Source of the DNA: an uncultured Bacteroidales bacterium
GTDB lineage: Bacteria; Bacteroidota; Bacteroidia; Bacteroidales; JAGOPY01
Reading direction: 5' to 3'
NCBI GenBank assembly: GCA_964371595.1
Contig: CAYJNJ010000004.1
Span: 15,594-79,593 of the forward strand
Length of the DNA: 64,000 nt
Part shown: positions 1-7,731 of the stretch, piece by piece
Position numbering within the stretch: position 1 is the stretch's first letter
Layout: each line of letters begins with the position of its first letter
Program-made: the position numbers and the translations under genes
Notes under the pieces: generated by a model
The model's database searches: none
What the model was told of the DNA's origin: nothing
Seen by the model: only the letters and a program-made list of their open reading frames with translations

Positions 1-504
1 CCTGGCAATGGCACGGTTCATATATGCCAGCGGTCTTTTCGGGTCAATCCGCAGGGCCGAATCGAGGTCATCAAGTGACCACAGGTAGCTGCCCATGTGG
101 ATCTTCACAGTTCCCCGGCTAACCAGCAGGTCGGGATCAAAAGGCTCGAGCTCGATGGCCCTGTCAAGGTCCTGCAGGGCCTTGTAGTAATCCTGCAGGT
201 TGTCGCGCACCAGCCCGCGGTAGTGCCAGGCATGGACGAACAAAGGGTGCAGGGTCAGCGCCTGGGTGAAGTCGTTCTCGGCCCCGAGCAGGTCGCCAAG
301 CTGGTACTTGGCAATGCCCCTCAGGAAGAAAGCTTCGAAGTTTTCCTTGTCGAAGCGCACGACAGTGTTGAATTTATTAATCGCTTCCGCATTATTCCCC
401 TGCGACAGCTCATTCCTTCCCACAGCCATGAAATAGTCAGTATTGACTTGCGAATAAAGGTTTATGTAAAAAGAAAAAAGGAAGATTAAAAGGATACGAA
501 GCAT
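1..504 (-). CDS. TPR-repeat protein with N-terminal signal-like segment (partial; C-terminus lies beyond the left edge)
   Basis: It is missing from the ORF track because it runs off the edge. The reverse complement of 1-504 reads ATG (504-502) MLRILLIFLFSFYINLYSQ..., then TPR-like helix pairs (AEAINKFNTVVRFDKENFEAFFLRGIAKYQLGD; HAWHYRGLVRDNLQDYYKALQDLDRAIELEP), open to position 1. The + strand ORF 97-489 is its shadow. Confidence 0.65.
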   Translation of the reverse strand, partial: MLRILLIFLFSFYINLYSQVNTDYFMAVGRNELSQGNNAEAINKFNTVVRFDKENFEAFFLRGIAKYQLGDLLGAENDFTQALTLHPLFVHAWHYRGLVRDNLQDYYKALQDLDRAIELEPFDPDLLVSRGTVKIHMGSYLWSLDDLDSALRIDPKRPLAYMNRAIAR

Positions 505-536
505 CAGAAATTGTGCACTATTGATTAATTTTTATT

Positions 537-639
537 TCTCACAAAGATCACAATGAAATTTCACAAAGACCACAAAGGTTGAATTATTAAATATTTCCTT
601 TGAGTTCTCTGCGAAATCCTTAGTGTACTCTGTGTGAAA
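537..639. repeat. Imperfect hairpin with arms made of CACAAAG-type words
   Basis: The left arm TTCTCACAAAGATCACAATGAAATTTCACAAAGACCACAAAGG (537-578) faces CCTTTGAGTTCTCTGCGAAATCCTTAGTGTACTCTGTGTGAAA (597-639) across an 18-nt AT loop. It lies between the moaC stop and the TPR gene start. Confidence 0.7.
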
Positions 640-672
640 CATTACTTAGCAAATTAGAAAATCTTTATGTGT

Positions 673-1083
673 CTAAATATTTATTTTAGTCTTTTCTATA
701 AGCTTGATTTCCCCGATCAGCATTTCTTTATCCACTGCTTTGCACATATCATAGATGGTAAGCAATGCAACGGAGACGGCGGTCAGGGCTTCCATTTCGA
801 TGCCTGTCTGGCCGGTGCATTTAGCTTCAGCGGTTACCGAAACGCCATTATCTTCAAGGCGTGTCAGCACATCAATCTTTGTTATCTGCAGCGGGTGGCA
901 TAACGGGATCAGCTCGCTGGTTTTTTTCCCGGCCTGGATGCCCGCAATCTGCGCAACCGTGAGCACATCGCCTTTCTTAACCTGGTTGTCCCTGATCAGT
1001 TGAACCGTCCCGGGAGCCAGGTGGATGAAACCACTGGCAACCGCCGTCCTGGACTGGACCGGCTTCTGTCCGACATCGACCAT
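673..1083 (-). CDS. moaC: Cyclic pyranopterin monophosphate synthase MoaC (N-terminally shortened ORF)
   Basis: The 136-aa ORF starts at the MVDV motif. It carries LIPLCHPL and GIEMEALTAVSVALLTIYDMCKAVDK, which are typical of MoaC. The ancestral N-terminus lies upstream behind an in-frame TAA (see findings). Confidence 0.8.
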   Translation of the reverse strand: MVDVGQKPVQSRTAVASGFIHLAPGTVQLIRDNQVKKGDVLTVAQIAGIQAGKKTSELIPLCHPLQITKIDVLTRLEDNGVSVTAEAKCTGQTGIEMEALTAVSVALLTIYDMCKAVDKEMLIGEIKLIEKTKINI

Positions 1084-1165
1084 CCGGGCTTTGCCTTATT
1101 CATCTGTATGGGAGAGTTGTGTAATAAAATCAGTTTATAATTTTTTAATTTGTTAAACCGTCCAA

Positions 1166-1234
1166 CCTCACCCCCTGTCCCCCTCTCCAATTTGGAGAGG
1201 GGGAATAGGGGGCTAGGGGGTATAGGAGGTGAGG
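1166..1234. repeat. 69-bp GC-rich palindromic element, copy 1 (REP/BIME-like)
   Basis: Sequence CCTCACCCCCTGTCCCCCTCTCCAATTTGGAGAGGGGGAATAGGGGGCTAGGGGGTATAGGAGGTGAGG. It fills the moaA-moaC gap and abuts the moaA stop codon (1235-1237). A second copy in inverse orientation is at 16478-16546. Confidence 0.9.
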
Positions 1235-2035
1235 TTAGCCCCCTATCCTGCTAAACTCTTCTTCCACATTAAACGTCCCGCATCGAGGTTTGTTGTCCAG
1301 GGCTTTCAGGATGGCTTCCCTGGCGCCCAGTTCCCTGGTGCTGAATCCTTTTGCGTTGAACAGGCAGGGCTTGACCAGCCCATTGGATGTGAGGCGCAGG
1401 CGGTTGCAGATGCTGCAATTGCCCCCGTCCCCCCCTTCCACCACATAGAATTCGCCGGTGACGAGGTCCATCTGCCTGATAAATCTTACTTTATAGCCAT
1501 TTTCCGTTGCAAACTGCTTTATCTGTGCTGCATCGCTTTCGCCGGTCATCTCCCCGGTGACGCAATTGATCTTGATCGGCTCCAGTCCGGCGGCTTTCGC
1601 CTGTTTCAACCCTTCGAGCACATTTTCGATGCTTCCTCCGCGGGTTATCGTCCTGAATTTTTCAGGATCAAGGGTGTCGAGACTGACATTGATCCGGTGC
1701 AGACCGGCTTCCCTGAGAGGAAAAGCAAATTTATCCAGCAATATCCCGTTGGTAGTCATCGAAAGGTCGATAATTCCCGGGATTGCGGCGATCATCTTTA
1801 CCAGGTCGGTGATGCCGCGGCGGACCAGGGGCTCACCGCCGGTCAGCCGTATTTTCGTGACCCCCATTTCAACAGCGATCCGGGCCACTTCGGTGATTTC
1901 ATCAAAAGTCAGGATATCTTCATGGGGGAGCAGCCGGATACCTTCAGCGGGCATGCAATAGGTGCAGCGAAGGTTGCAGCGGTCGGTCACCGAGATCCGC
2001 AGGTAGTTGATATGCCGGTCAAATCGGTCGTACAT
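1235..2035 (-). CDS. moaA: GTP 3',8-cyclase MoaA (radical SAM), short form
   Basis: It has the CNLRCTYC radical-SAM cluster motif near the N-terminus, the C-terminal CSICNRLRLTSNGLVKPC (CxxCx13C) cluster and a terminal IGG. It is adjacent to moeA and moaC. Confidence 0.85.
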   Translation of the reverse strand: MYDRFDRHINYLRISVTDRCNLRCTYCMPAEGIRLLPHEDILTFDEITEVARIAVEMGVTKIRLTGGEPLVRRGITDLVKMIAAIPGIIDLSMTTNGILLDKFAFPLREAGLHRINVSLDTLDPEKFRTITRGGSIENVLEGLKQAKAAGLEPIKINCVTGEMTGESDAAQIKQFATENGYKVRFIRQMDLVTGEFYVVEGGDGGNCSICNRLRLTSNGLVKPCLFNAKGFSTRELGAREAILKALDNKPRCGTFNVEEEFSRIGG

Positions 2036-3191
2036 CGATCAGGTCCCCGGCAGAAAGGTTGGTAATTCCGAGTGGGATGGCGGCAAGGGCATGCGCCGTC
2101 GCTAATGAAAAAATATGTGCCGAGCCGTGATATTCGAGTGGGAAAACTTTACCATCACGGATCTGTACCGGCAGCCACTGCATCCGGTCGCTTCTCCTGC
2201 GCTGGTAGTCCACACCGAGGGGTAAGCTCAGGTTCCCGGTAATTTCTGTAACACCCATCATTTTATGGATCATCGGTTTAGCCAGGACTTCAAATATCGT
2301 AAAAGAAGAAACCGGGTTGCCCGGCAGGCCGAATATCCTCTTCTCCCCTTTTATCCCAAAAACGGTAGGTTTTCCGGGTTGAAGGGCGATAGTGCGGAAA
2401 AGTATTTCTATGCCCGCTTTCTCCAGTATTTTAGGAACGAAGTCAAATGTACCCATGGAAACGCCCCCGGTGAGCAGGACGATGTCCGACTGCTCCAGGG
2501 CCTTCATGATGGCTTGAAAAGTATCTTCTTCATTATCAGGTGCGATACCCAGGTAAAGTGGAATAGCGCCTGCCTTGGCCACCTGGGCGACCAGCTGGTA
2601 ACCATTGCTGTTCCTGATCTGGGAAATGCCGGGTTTATGGTGGGGTTCAACGATCTCGTCACCGGTGGCAATAACCGAAACAACGGGCCTCCTGGCTACT
2701 TTTGGCCGGATGCACCCCACAGCCGACATGATGGCGATATGCTGGGGTCCGATCAATGTTCCGGCGGCAAGCACACGCTCACCCTGCTTCACATCTTCGG
2801 CAAAAGGTGAAATGTTGGTTTTTGTCTTTTGGCCTGTAAACCTGATGTGGTCTGGCCCTGATTCTTCCGTTTCCTCCACCATGATCACGCAATCAGCGCC
2901 TTCCGGCACAGGTGCGCCGGTCATGATCCGAGTGCACTGCCCGTTACTTATCTTTTTAGTCGGGAAAGCCCCGGCCCTGACGGTCTCAATGATCTCCAGC
3001 ACCTCGCCGGTATCGGATTTACGGCAGGCAAAGCCATCGACTGCAGAACGGTTGAATGGCGGCATATCGATGTCGGAAATAATATCTTCTGAAAGCACCC
3101 TTCCAACCAATTCCAGGATCGGAACCTGTTCGGACCCCACCGGATCCGCATGTCCCAGAACGATTTCGAGTGCTTCTGCGTATGTGATCAT
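2019..3191 (-). CDS. moeA: Molybdopterin molybdenumtransferase MoeA
   Basis: 390 aa. The N-terminus (AEALEIVL..., PPFNRSAVDGFACR) and the LLTGGVSMG motif are typical of MoeA. It overlaps moaA by 17 nt. Confidence 0.85.
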   Translation of the reverse strand: MITYAEALEIVLGHADPVGSEQVPILELVGRVLSEDIISDIDMPPFNRSAVDGFACRKSDTGEVLEIIETVRAGAFPTKKISNGQCTRIMTGAPVPEGADCVIMVEETEESGPDHIRFTGQKTKTNISPFAEDVKQGERVLAAGTLIGPQHIAIMSAVGCIRPKVARRPVVSVIATGDEIVEPHHKPGISQIRNSNGYQLVAQVAKAGAIPLYLGIAPDNEEDTFQAIMKALEQSDIVLLTGGVSMGTFDFVPKILEKAGIEILFRTIALQPGKPTVFGIKGEKRIFGLPGNPVSSFTIFEVLAKPMIHKMMGVTEITGNLSLPLGVDYQRRRSDRMQWLPVQIRDGKVFPLEYHGSAHIFSLATAHALAAIPLGITNLSAGDLIDVRPI

Positions 3192-3312
3192 CTACCTTAA
3201 AATTGGACGGTAAAAGTAGGAATAATATCGTAATTTTTTTTGGGCTACGCAACCTTTTATATCGAAATATTGTCTATATTTTAGCGCAAGTTCAACACAA
3301 AACCAAACTGCA

Positions 3313-4881
3313 ATGAAAAGGACGATCTACGCTCTTGGTATTTTCTCATTTTTTTGCCTTCAAACTGTCATTTCACAGGATACAATTGTACTCCAGCCCG
3401 GACCTGAGGGCAAGGATGCAATTATTAACACTTACCTTCCAGGTGAAAGCAGGCCTGATTATCAACTTTTCAGGTCTATGGCCTGGACGCATTCAGGCAC
3501 ACCGGCAGTTCATCGTTGCCTGATCGGATGGGACTTGTCAATACTACCCCCGGGAACCGTGATCCTGGATGCCCGGCTTGACCTCTCTTTCGCTACCTGG
3601 GCCCCTAATTATGAATCGCATACAGGTGAAAATGCCTCCTATCTACTGAGGATAACGGAGCCCTGGGTTGAAAACGAAATTACCTGGAATAACCAGCCGG
3701 AAACTACATGGGATGATGTGATAACCCTGCCGCAAAGCATAACTCCTGACCAGGATTATCCGAATATAGACGTCACAGCACAGATCCAGCAGATGGTTTC
3801 CGACCCGGAAAATAACCATGGATTTTTATTAAGATTGGTTACGGAGGAGTATTACCGTTGCATGCTGTTTGCTTCAAGCGATTACCCCGATTCCGATAAA
3901 AGGCCAAGATTGAGAATCATATACATGGGCTGTCTTGCACCAACGGTGGATTTCGAATACCAGGCCAACGGCCAGTCGGTGAACTTTAGCGGCATATCCC
4001 TTACGGCAACAGAATGGCACTGGGATTTCGGGGATGGTGATACTTCGAATGTCCAGGATCCGGTGCATATTTATGAAGAGTCGGGAAATTACCAGGTTTG
4101 CCTGACGGTTGAAGATACCTGCTATTTTGCTGAATATTGCGAAGAAATTGAGATCTGTACAGGGCCTCCGGTTGCAGGTTTCAATTTTATAGTTAATGAA
4201 CGCACCGTCGTGTTTCAGGATACAACTGATTTTGCAACTGAATTTTACTGGGATTTTGGCGATGGTTACTTTTCAAGTCAGCAAAACCCTTTCCATACTT
4301 ACTCGATAAATGGGCAATACCAGGTTTGCCTGACGGCAGGTAACAGTTGTGGTTCAGATACAAGCTGCCAATGGCTGGATATCTGTACTCCTCCGGTTTC
4401 AGAGTTTTATTATTACATGGATGGATATTCCGTCCAGTTTTTAGACATTTCAGAAAATGCAGAAGGGTATTTCTGGGATTTTGGCGATGGTTACTATTCA
4501 AACCTGGTGGATCCCTGGCATGAGTATGAGTCTCCGGGGGATTACAATATTTGCCTTACAACTATGAATAATTGCGGGGCCGATACAATTTGCGATGTAC
4601 TGCATTTGTCGACTGTGTCCATTCCGGAAAGCAGGGAAGAATCATTCGTAATTTACCCCAACCCGGCAAGGGATAAAGTATTTATACAGTTAGCGGTCTA
4701 TGGGGAAGTTGAAATCAGCCTCTTTGACCCCAGTGGTAAAGAGGTCTTGCATCAAAACCGGGAAGCCGCTGTTGATGAGCCGGTTACACTGGATATTACA
4801 GGAGTCATTCCGGGTATCTATTTTGTAAGGATGATATCAGATACGGATATTTCAATGCAAAAACTTTTGATCACGAAATGA
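3313..4881 (+). CDS. Secreted T9SS cargo protein: DNRLRE-like N-domain, three PKD-like repeats, T9SS C-terminal sorting domain
   Basis: It has a signal peptide and an N-domain with ITEPWVENEITWNNQP. WDFGDG..S....P.H.Y...G.Y.VCL occurs three times. The C-terminus reads IYPNPARDKVFIQ...GIYFVRM...KLLITK. Confidence 0.75.
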   Translation: MKRTIYALGIFSFFCLQTVISQDTIVLQPGPEGKDAIINTYLPGESRPDYQLFRSMAWTHSGTPAVHRCLIGWDLSILPPGTVILDARLDLSFATWAPNYESHTGENASYLLRITEPWVENEITWNNQPETTWDDVITLPQSITPDQDYPNIDVTAQIQQMVSDPENNHGFLLRLVTEEYYRCMLFASSDYPDSDKRPRLRIIYMGCLAPTVDFEYQANGQSVNFSGISLTATEWHWDFGDGDTSNVQDPVHIYEESGNYQVCLTVEDTCYFAEYCEEIEICTGPPVAGFNFIVNERTVVFQDTTDFATEFYWDFGDGYFSSQQNPFHTYSINGQYQVCLTAGNSCGSDTSCQWLDICTPPVSEFYYYMDGYSVQFLDISENAEGYFWDFGDGYYSNLVDPWHEYESPGDYNICLTTMNNCGADTICDVLHLSTVSIPESREESFVIYPNPARDKVFIQLAVYGEVEISLFDPSGKEVLHQNREAAVDEPVTLDITGVIPGIYFVRMISDTDISMQKLLITK

Positions 4882-4936
4882 ATTTAACTTATATAATGTC
4901 TACTTTTAATTGGCAACAGATTAAAACATACCTATC

Positions 4937-6505
4937 ATGAAATGCTCCAAAATAATTATTGCAGCTTGTTTCAGTTTAATCTTAAGCAATTCCTTTTCAC
5001 AGGATACACTTGTCCTGCAGCCCGGGCCTGAAGGCAAGGATGCACAGATAAATTCGATTAACCATGATAATAATTATGGTAATACACCAGTCTTAAAAAG
5101 TATGGCATGGACGCATTCAGGGGTTCCTGGACAGCACCGGGGCATTCTTGATTTTGATCTCTCCTTTATTTCCCCTGGATCTACCATTCTCCATGCCAGC
5201 CTGGACCTGTACTTCAAATCATTTGAACCTAACGGCCAGAATCATTCTGAGGATAATGCATCCTACCTGCTGAAAATCACCGAGCCCTGGGATGAAAATG
5301 TGGTTACCTGGGACAACCAGCCTTCTACAACGCTTGAAGATGCTGTTATTCTCCCTTCAAGCACCGATCCGGAGCAGGATTACCCCGGTATCGATGTGAC
5401 CGCTTTAATGCAAATGAAGGTATCAGACCCGGAAAACAACCATGGCCTGTTACTGAAACTGGTCACCGAACAATATTACCGTTGCATGCTGTTTGCTTCC
5501 GGCGATTGCGATGAACCTGAAAAAAGGCCAAGGTTGGAGATAATTTACATAGGCTGCATTGTCCCGACAGTTGACTTCGATTACGAGATTACCGGCCAGT
5601 CGGCGAGCTTTACCGGCATATCCCCTACGGCAACTGAATGGCACTGGGATTTCGGGGATGGTGATACTTCAAATGTCCAGTATCCGGAGCATATCTACGA
5701 AGAGGCGGGAATTTACCAGGTTTGCCTGACGGTTGAAGATACCTGCTATTTTGCTGAATATTGCGAGGAAATTGAGATCTGCACAGGGCCTCCTGTTGCG
5801 GGATTTACATATGATGCCGCTGATCTGGACGTCTTTTTTCAAAATACGACAGATCTTGCTCATGCATATTACTGGGATTTCGGCGATGGCTATTTCTCCG
5901 ACCTTAGCGATCCCTGGCATAATTACCAGGAATCGGGTGTTTACCAGGTATGCCTGACAAGCTGGAACAATTGCGGTACCGATTCGGCTTGCCAATGGAT
6001 TGAATTATGCGCCAGGCCGGCTTCGGACTTCAGCTTTTCTATTGAAGATTTAATGGCTTTGTTCGAAGATCAGTCAGAAGGGGCTGAATCCTGGTACTGG
6101 GATTTCGGGGATGGCTATTATTCAGATCTCCAAAACCCGGTCCATATTTATGATACTCCTGAAAATTACAAAGTCTGCCTGACGACCTGGAACGAATGCG
6201 GCGCCGACACGGCCTGTGAAATGCTCTATATATCGGCTGTTTCCGTTCCCGAGAACGAAGCAGGGGCATTCACAATCTACCCGAATCCTGCAAAGGATAA
6301 GGTATTCATTAAATCTGCTTTTTCCGGAAAACTTGAAATCAGCTTATCTGATCTGAACGGGAAGATAGTCTATAATGAAGAAAAGGATTCAAATATCGGC
6401 GATTTGATCCGGATCAATCTCGATGGTCTTGACTCAGGAATTTATGTTATCAGGCTGGATTCCGGATCGGATCATTCATTTGGTAAACTGGTTGTAATGA
6501 AATAG
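4937..6505 (+). CDS. Tandem paralogue of 3313-4881 (DNRLRE-like domain, three PKD-like repeats, T9SS CTD)
   Basis: It has the same 522-aa length and architecture and ends in IYPNPAKDKVFIK...GIYVIRL...KLVVMK. A central tract is nearly nucleotide-identical to the upstream gene. Confidence 0.75.
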   Translation: MKCSKIIIAACFSLILSNSFSQDTLVLQPGPEGKDAQINSINHDNNYGNTPVLKSMAWTHSGVPGQHRGILDFDLSFISPGSTILHASLDLYFKSFEPNGQNHSEDNASYLLKITEPWDENVVTWDNQPSTTLEDAVILPSSTDPEQDYPGIDVTALMQMKVSDPENNHGLLLKLVTEQYYRCMLFASGDCDEPEKRPRLEIIYIGCIVPTVDFDYEITGQSASFTGISPTATEWHWDFGDGDTSNVQYPEHIYEEAGIYQVCLTVEDTCYFAEYCEEIEICTGPPVAGFTYDAADLDVFFQNTTDLAHAYYWDFGDGYFSDLSDPWHNYQESGVYQVCLTSWNNCGTDSACQWIELCARPASDFSFSIEDLMALFEDQSEGAESWYWDFGDGYYSDLQNPVHIYDTPENYKVCLTTWNECGADTACEMLYISAVSVPENEAGAFTIYPNPAKDKVFIKSAFSGKLEISLSDLNGKIVYNEEKDSNIGDLIRINLDGLDSGIYVIRLDSGSDHSFGKLVVMK

Positions 6506-6534
6506 TTGAGCTCTCTCCGAAAAGCATTATTATG

Positions 6535-6626
6535 GCCACAAAAGCACTAAAACACTAAATAACACTAAAGTTATTGACTTAATAATCTGTTTTTTGTGAC
6601 ATTTTGTGTTTTGGTGTTTTTGTGGC
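6535..6626. repeat. 92-bp REPIN-like hairpin element (CACAAAA/CACTAAA words), copy B
   Basis: It runs GCCACAAAAGCACTAAAACACTAAATAACACTAAAG, then loop TTATTGACTTAATAATCTG, then TTTTTTGTGACATTTTGTGTTTTGGTGTTTTTGTGGC. By hand alignment it is 83/92 identical, without gaps, to 62027-62118. Confidence 0.9.
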
Positions 6627-6636
6627 ATATTTTAAA

Positions 6637-6676
6637 AATCCGTGTAAATCCGTTGCATCCGTGTCATCCGCGTGCC
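6637..6676. repeat. Tandem degenerate ATCCGTG words (four copies)
   Basis: Sequence AATCCGTGTAAATCCGTTGCATCCGTGTCATCCGCGTGCC. A related array at 55402-55440 ends in the same ATCCGYGTGCC. Confidence 0.8.
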
Positions 6677-6708
6677 ATGAAAAAGCAGGCACCCTGGAAA
6701 TCCAAATA

Positions 6709-7629
6709 TTAATAAACCGCAATCTTAGACACCCCTAAAGAAGCCTTTCCTTCTTTATTTTCAGCCTGTACCGACAGCAGATATACTCCCCGGTTGATGT
6801 CCCCGGTTTGCATGGTAAATTCATTTGTCCCTTTTTCAAGCCATACATCTTCGGAATAAAGCACCCTGCCTGAAATATCCATGATCCGGATAATCCCATG
6901 GCCTGAAAATGAAGTATTGAAAGAGACTTTAACCGCGTCGGCCACAGGGTTAGGGTAAACCGCTATCCCGTGGCCAGCCTGATTTTCACTAATCCCAATG
7001 GGGCCTTCCACGGCAATTTCAATACTATCCATCTTTGAATAGCCCCCATCGGTAACGGTGACGATATAGGTTGTAGTGACCAGCGGGCTAACCACCGGGC
7101 TTTTCAGGGTAGAAGTAAACCCCGGCGGAATTGAGGCCCAGCTAAAGGAATAAGCCTCGGAACAGCCGAAAACGATGGCATTTAAAATGGTTGAACAGCC
7201 GCTGCAGACGGTATCGTCTTCTGCTTCGAGGATGATGTGCAGGTCCTGGACATGAAGCATGCAAAGCACTGCCAGCTCAGGGGTTAGCGGGTCGTTGCTG
7301 CTAATGACAAAGTCGGCCAGGTAATTATTGATAGGAAGGCCTGATGAATTGAAGTTAAATTCGATGATGCTGGTATCGTCCGGCTCTATCACTCCGCTGA
7401 GCGGGGAAGCCGTAGCCCAGCCGACAGTATCCGGTGAGAAGGCACCGGTAAAAATCAAGGTTTCATCCCCGAGGTTGAGCACATTTAAATACCTGGTAAA
7501 CGTGCTTTCCTGGCAGATCTGCTGGTGGATCTGAGGAGGATAGGTATCGATCTGCGGGCCGTCAGACTGGCCGTGGCCATTCAAAGAAACTACAAGCAGG
7601 AAGGGGATTGGGAATAAATATCTTCTCAT
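6709..7629 (-). CDS. Secreted protein with T9SS C-terminal sorting domain
   Basis: It has a signal peptide (MRRYLFPIPFLLVVSLNGHGQ) and the C-terminus VYPNPVADAVKVSF...GVYLLSVQ...KIAVY. Confidence 0.65.
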   Translation of the reverse strand: MRRYLFPIPFLLVVSLNGHGQSDGPQIDTYPPQIHQQICQESTFTRYLNVLNLGDETLIFTGAFSPDTVGWATASPLSGVIEPDDTSIIEFNFNSSGLPINNYLADFVISSNDPLTPELAVLCMLHVQDLHIILEAEDDTVCSGCSTILNAIVFGCSEAYSFSWASIPPGFTSTLKSPVVSPLVTTTYIVTVTDGGYSKMDSIEIAVEGPIGISENQAGHGIAVYPNPVADAVKVSFNTSFSGHGIIRIMDISGRVLYSEDVWLEKGTNEFTMQTGDINRGVYLLSVQAENKEGKASLGVSKIAVY

Positions 7630-7661
7630 CTAGATAATTAATTTTAAGGCGCTAAATTATA

Positions 7662-7694
7662 TAAAAAACCCCTGTTCAATGAATTAAACAGGGG
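7662..7694 (-). terminator. Rho-independent terminator downstream of the 2208-aa gene
   Basis: The minus strand reads CCCCTGTT-TAATTCATTG-AACAGGGG followed by TTTTTTAT, about 40 nt after the stop at 7732. Confidence 0.7.
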
Positions 7695-7731
7695 CCCTTT
7701 TAATTGAAGTATCAGATTTCCTTTAGAGGAA

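Noticed and set aside
97-489. A 130-aa + strand ORF at the left edge. There are also many other long antisense ORFs, for example 1229-2065, 16267-17361, 36467-37126, 19483-20073 and 52888-53598.
   Set aside because: Each lies fully antisense to a gene with strong family motifs (TPR protein, moaA, panB, amn/holA, dnaK, trxB). Their translations are low-complexity or Arg/Pro/Gly-rich, as expected for shadow ORFs in GC-richer genes.
3192-3312. I considered a Moco riboswitch upstream of the moeA-moaA-moaC cluster.
   Set aside because: Only 121 nt separate moeA from the divergent gene at 3313. The stretch is AT-rich with no evident multi-stem structure, so I could not recognise the conserved Moco-motif helices. 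A covariance-model scan would be needed to exclude it formally.
3991-5806. I considered a diversity-generating retroelement (template/variable repeat pair) as the cause of the near-identical tract in the tandem paralogues.
   Set aside because: The mismatches between the two tracts involve all base types (T/C, A/T, G/A, G/T) and are not confined to adenines. No reverse transcriptase or accessory gene is in the window. Gene conversion is the simpler reading.
6535-6676. I considered whether the short repeated words (CACAAAG, ATCCGTG, GTCnTCA and similar) form CRISPR arrays.
   Set aside because: The units are 7-10 nt and directly abut one another, with no unique spacers of 25-40 nt. The arrays are only 30-50 nt long and arranged as inverted arms, and no cas genes are present.
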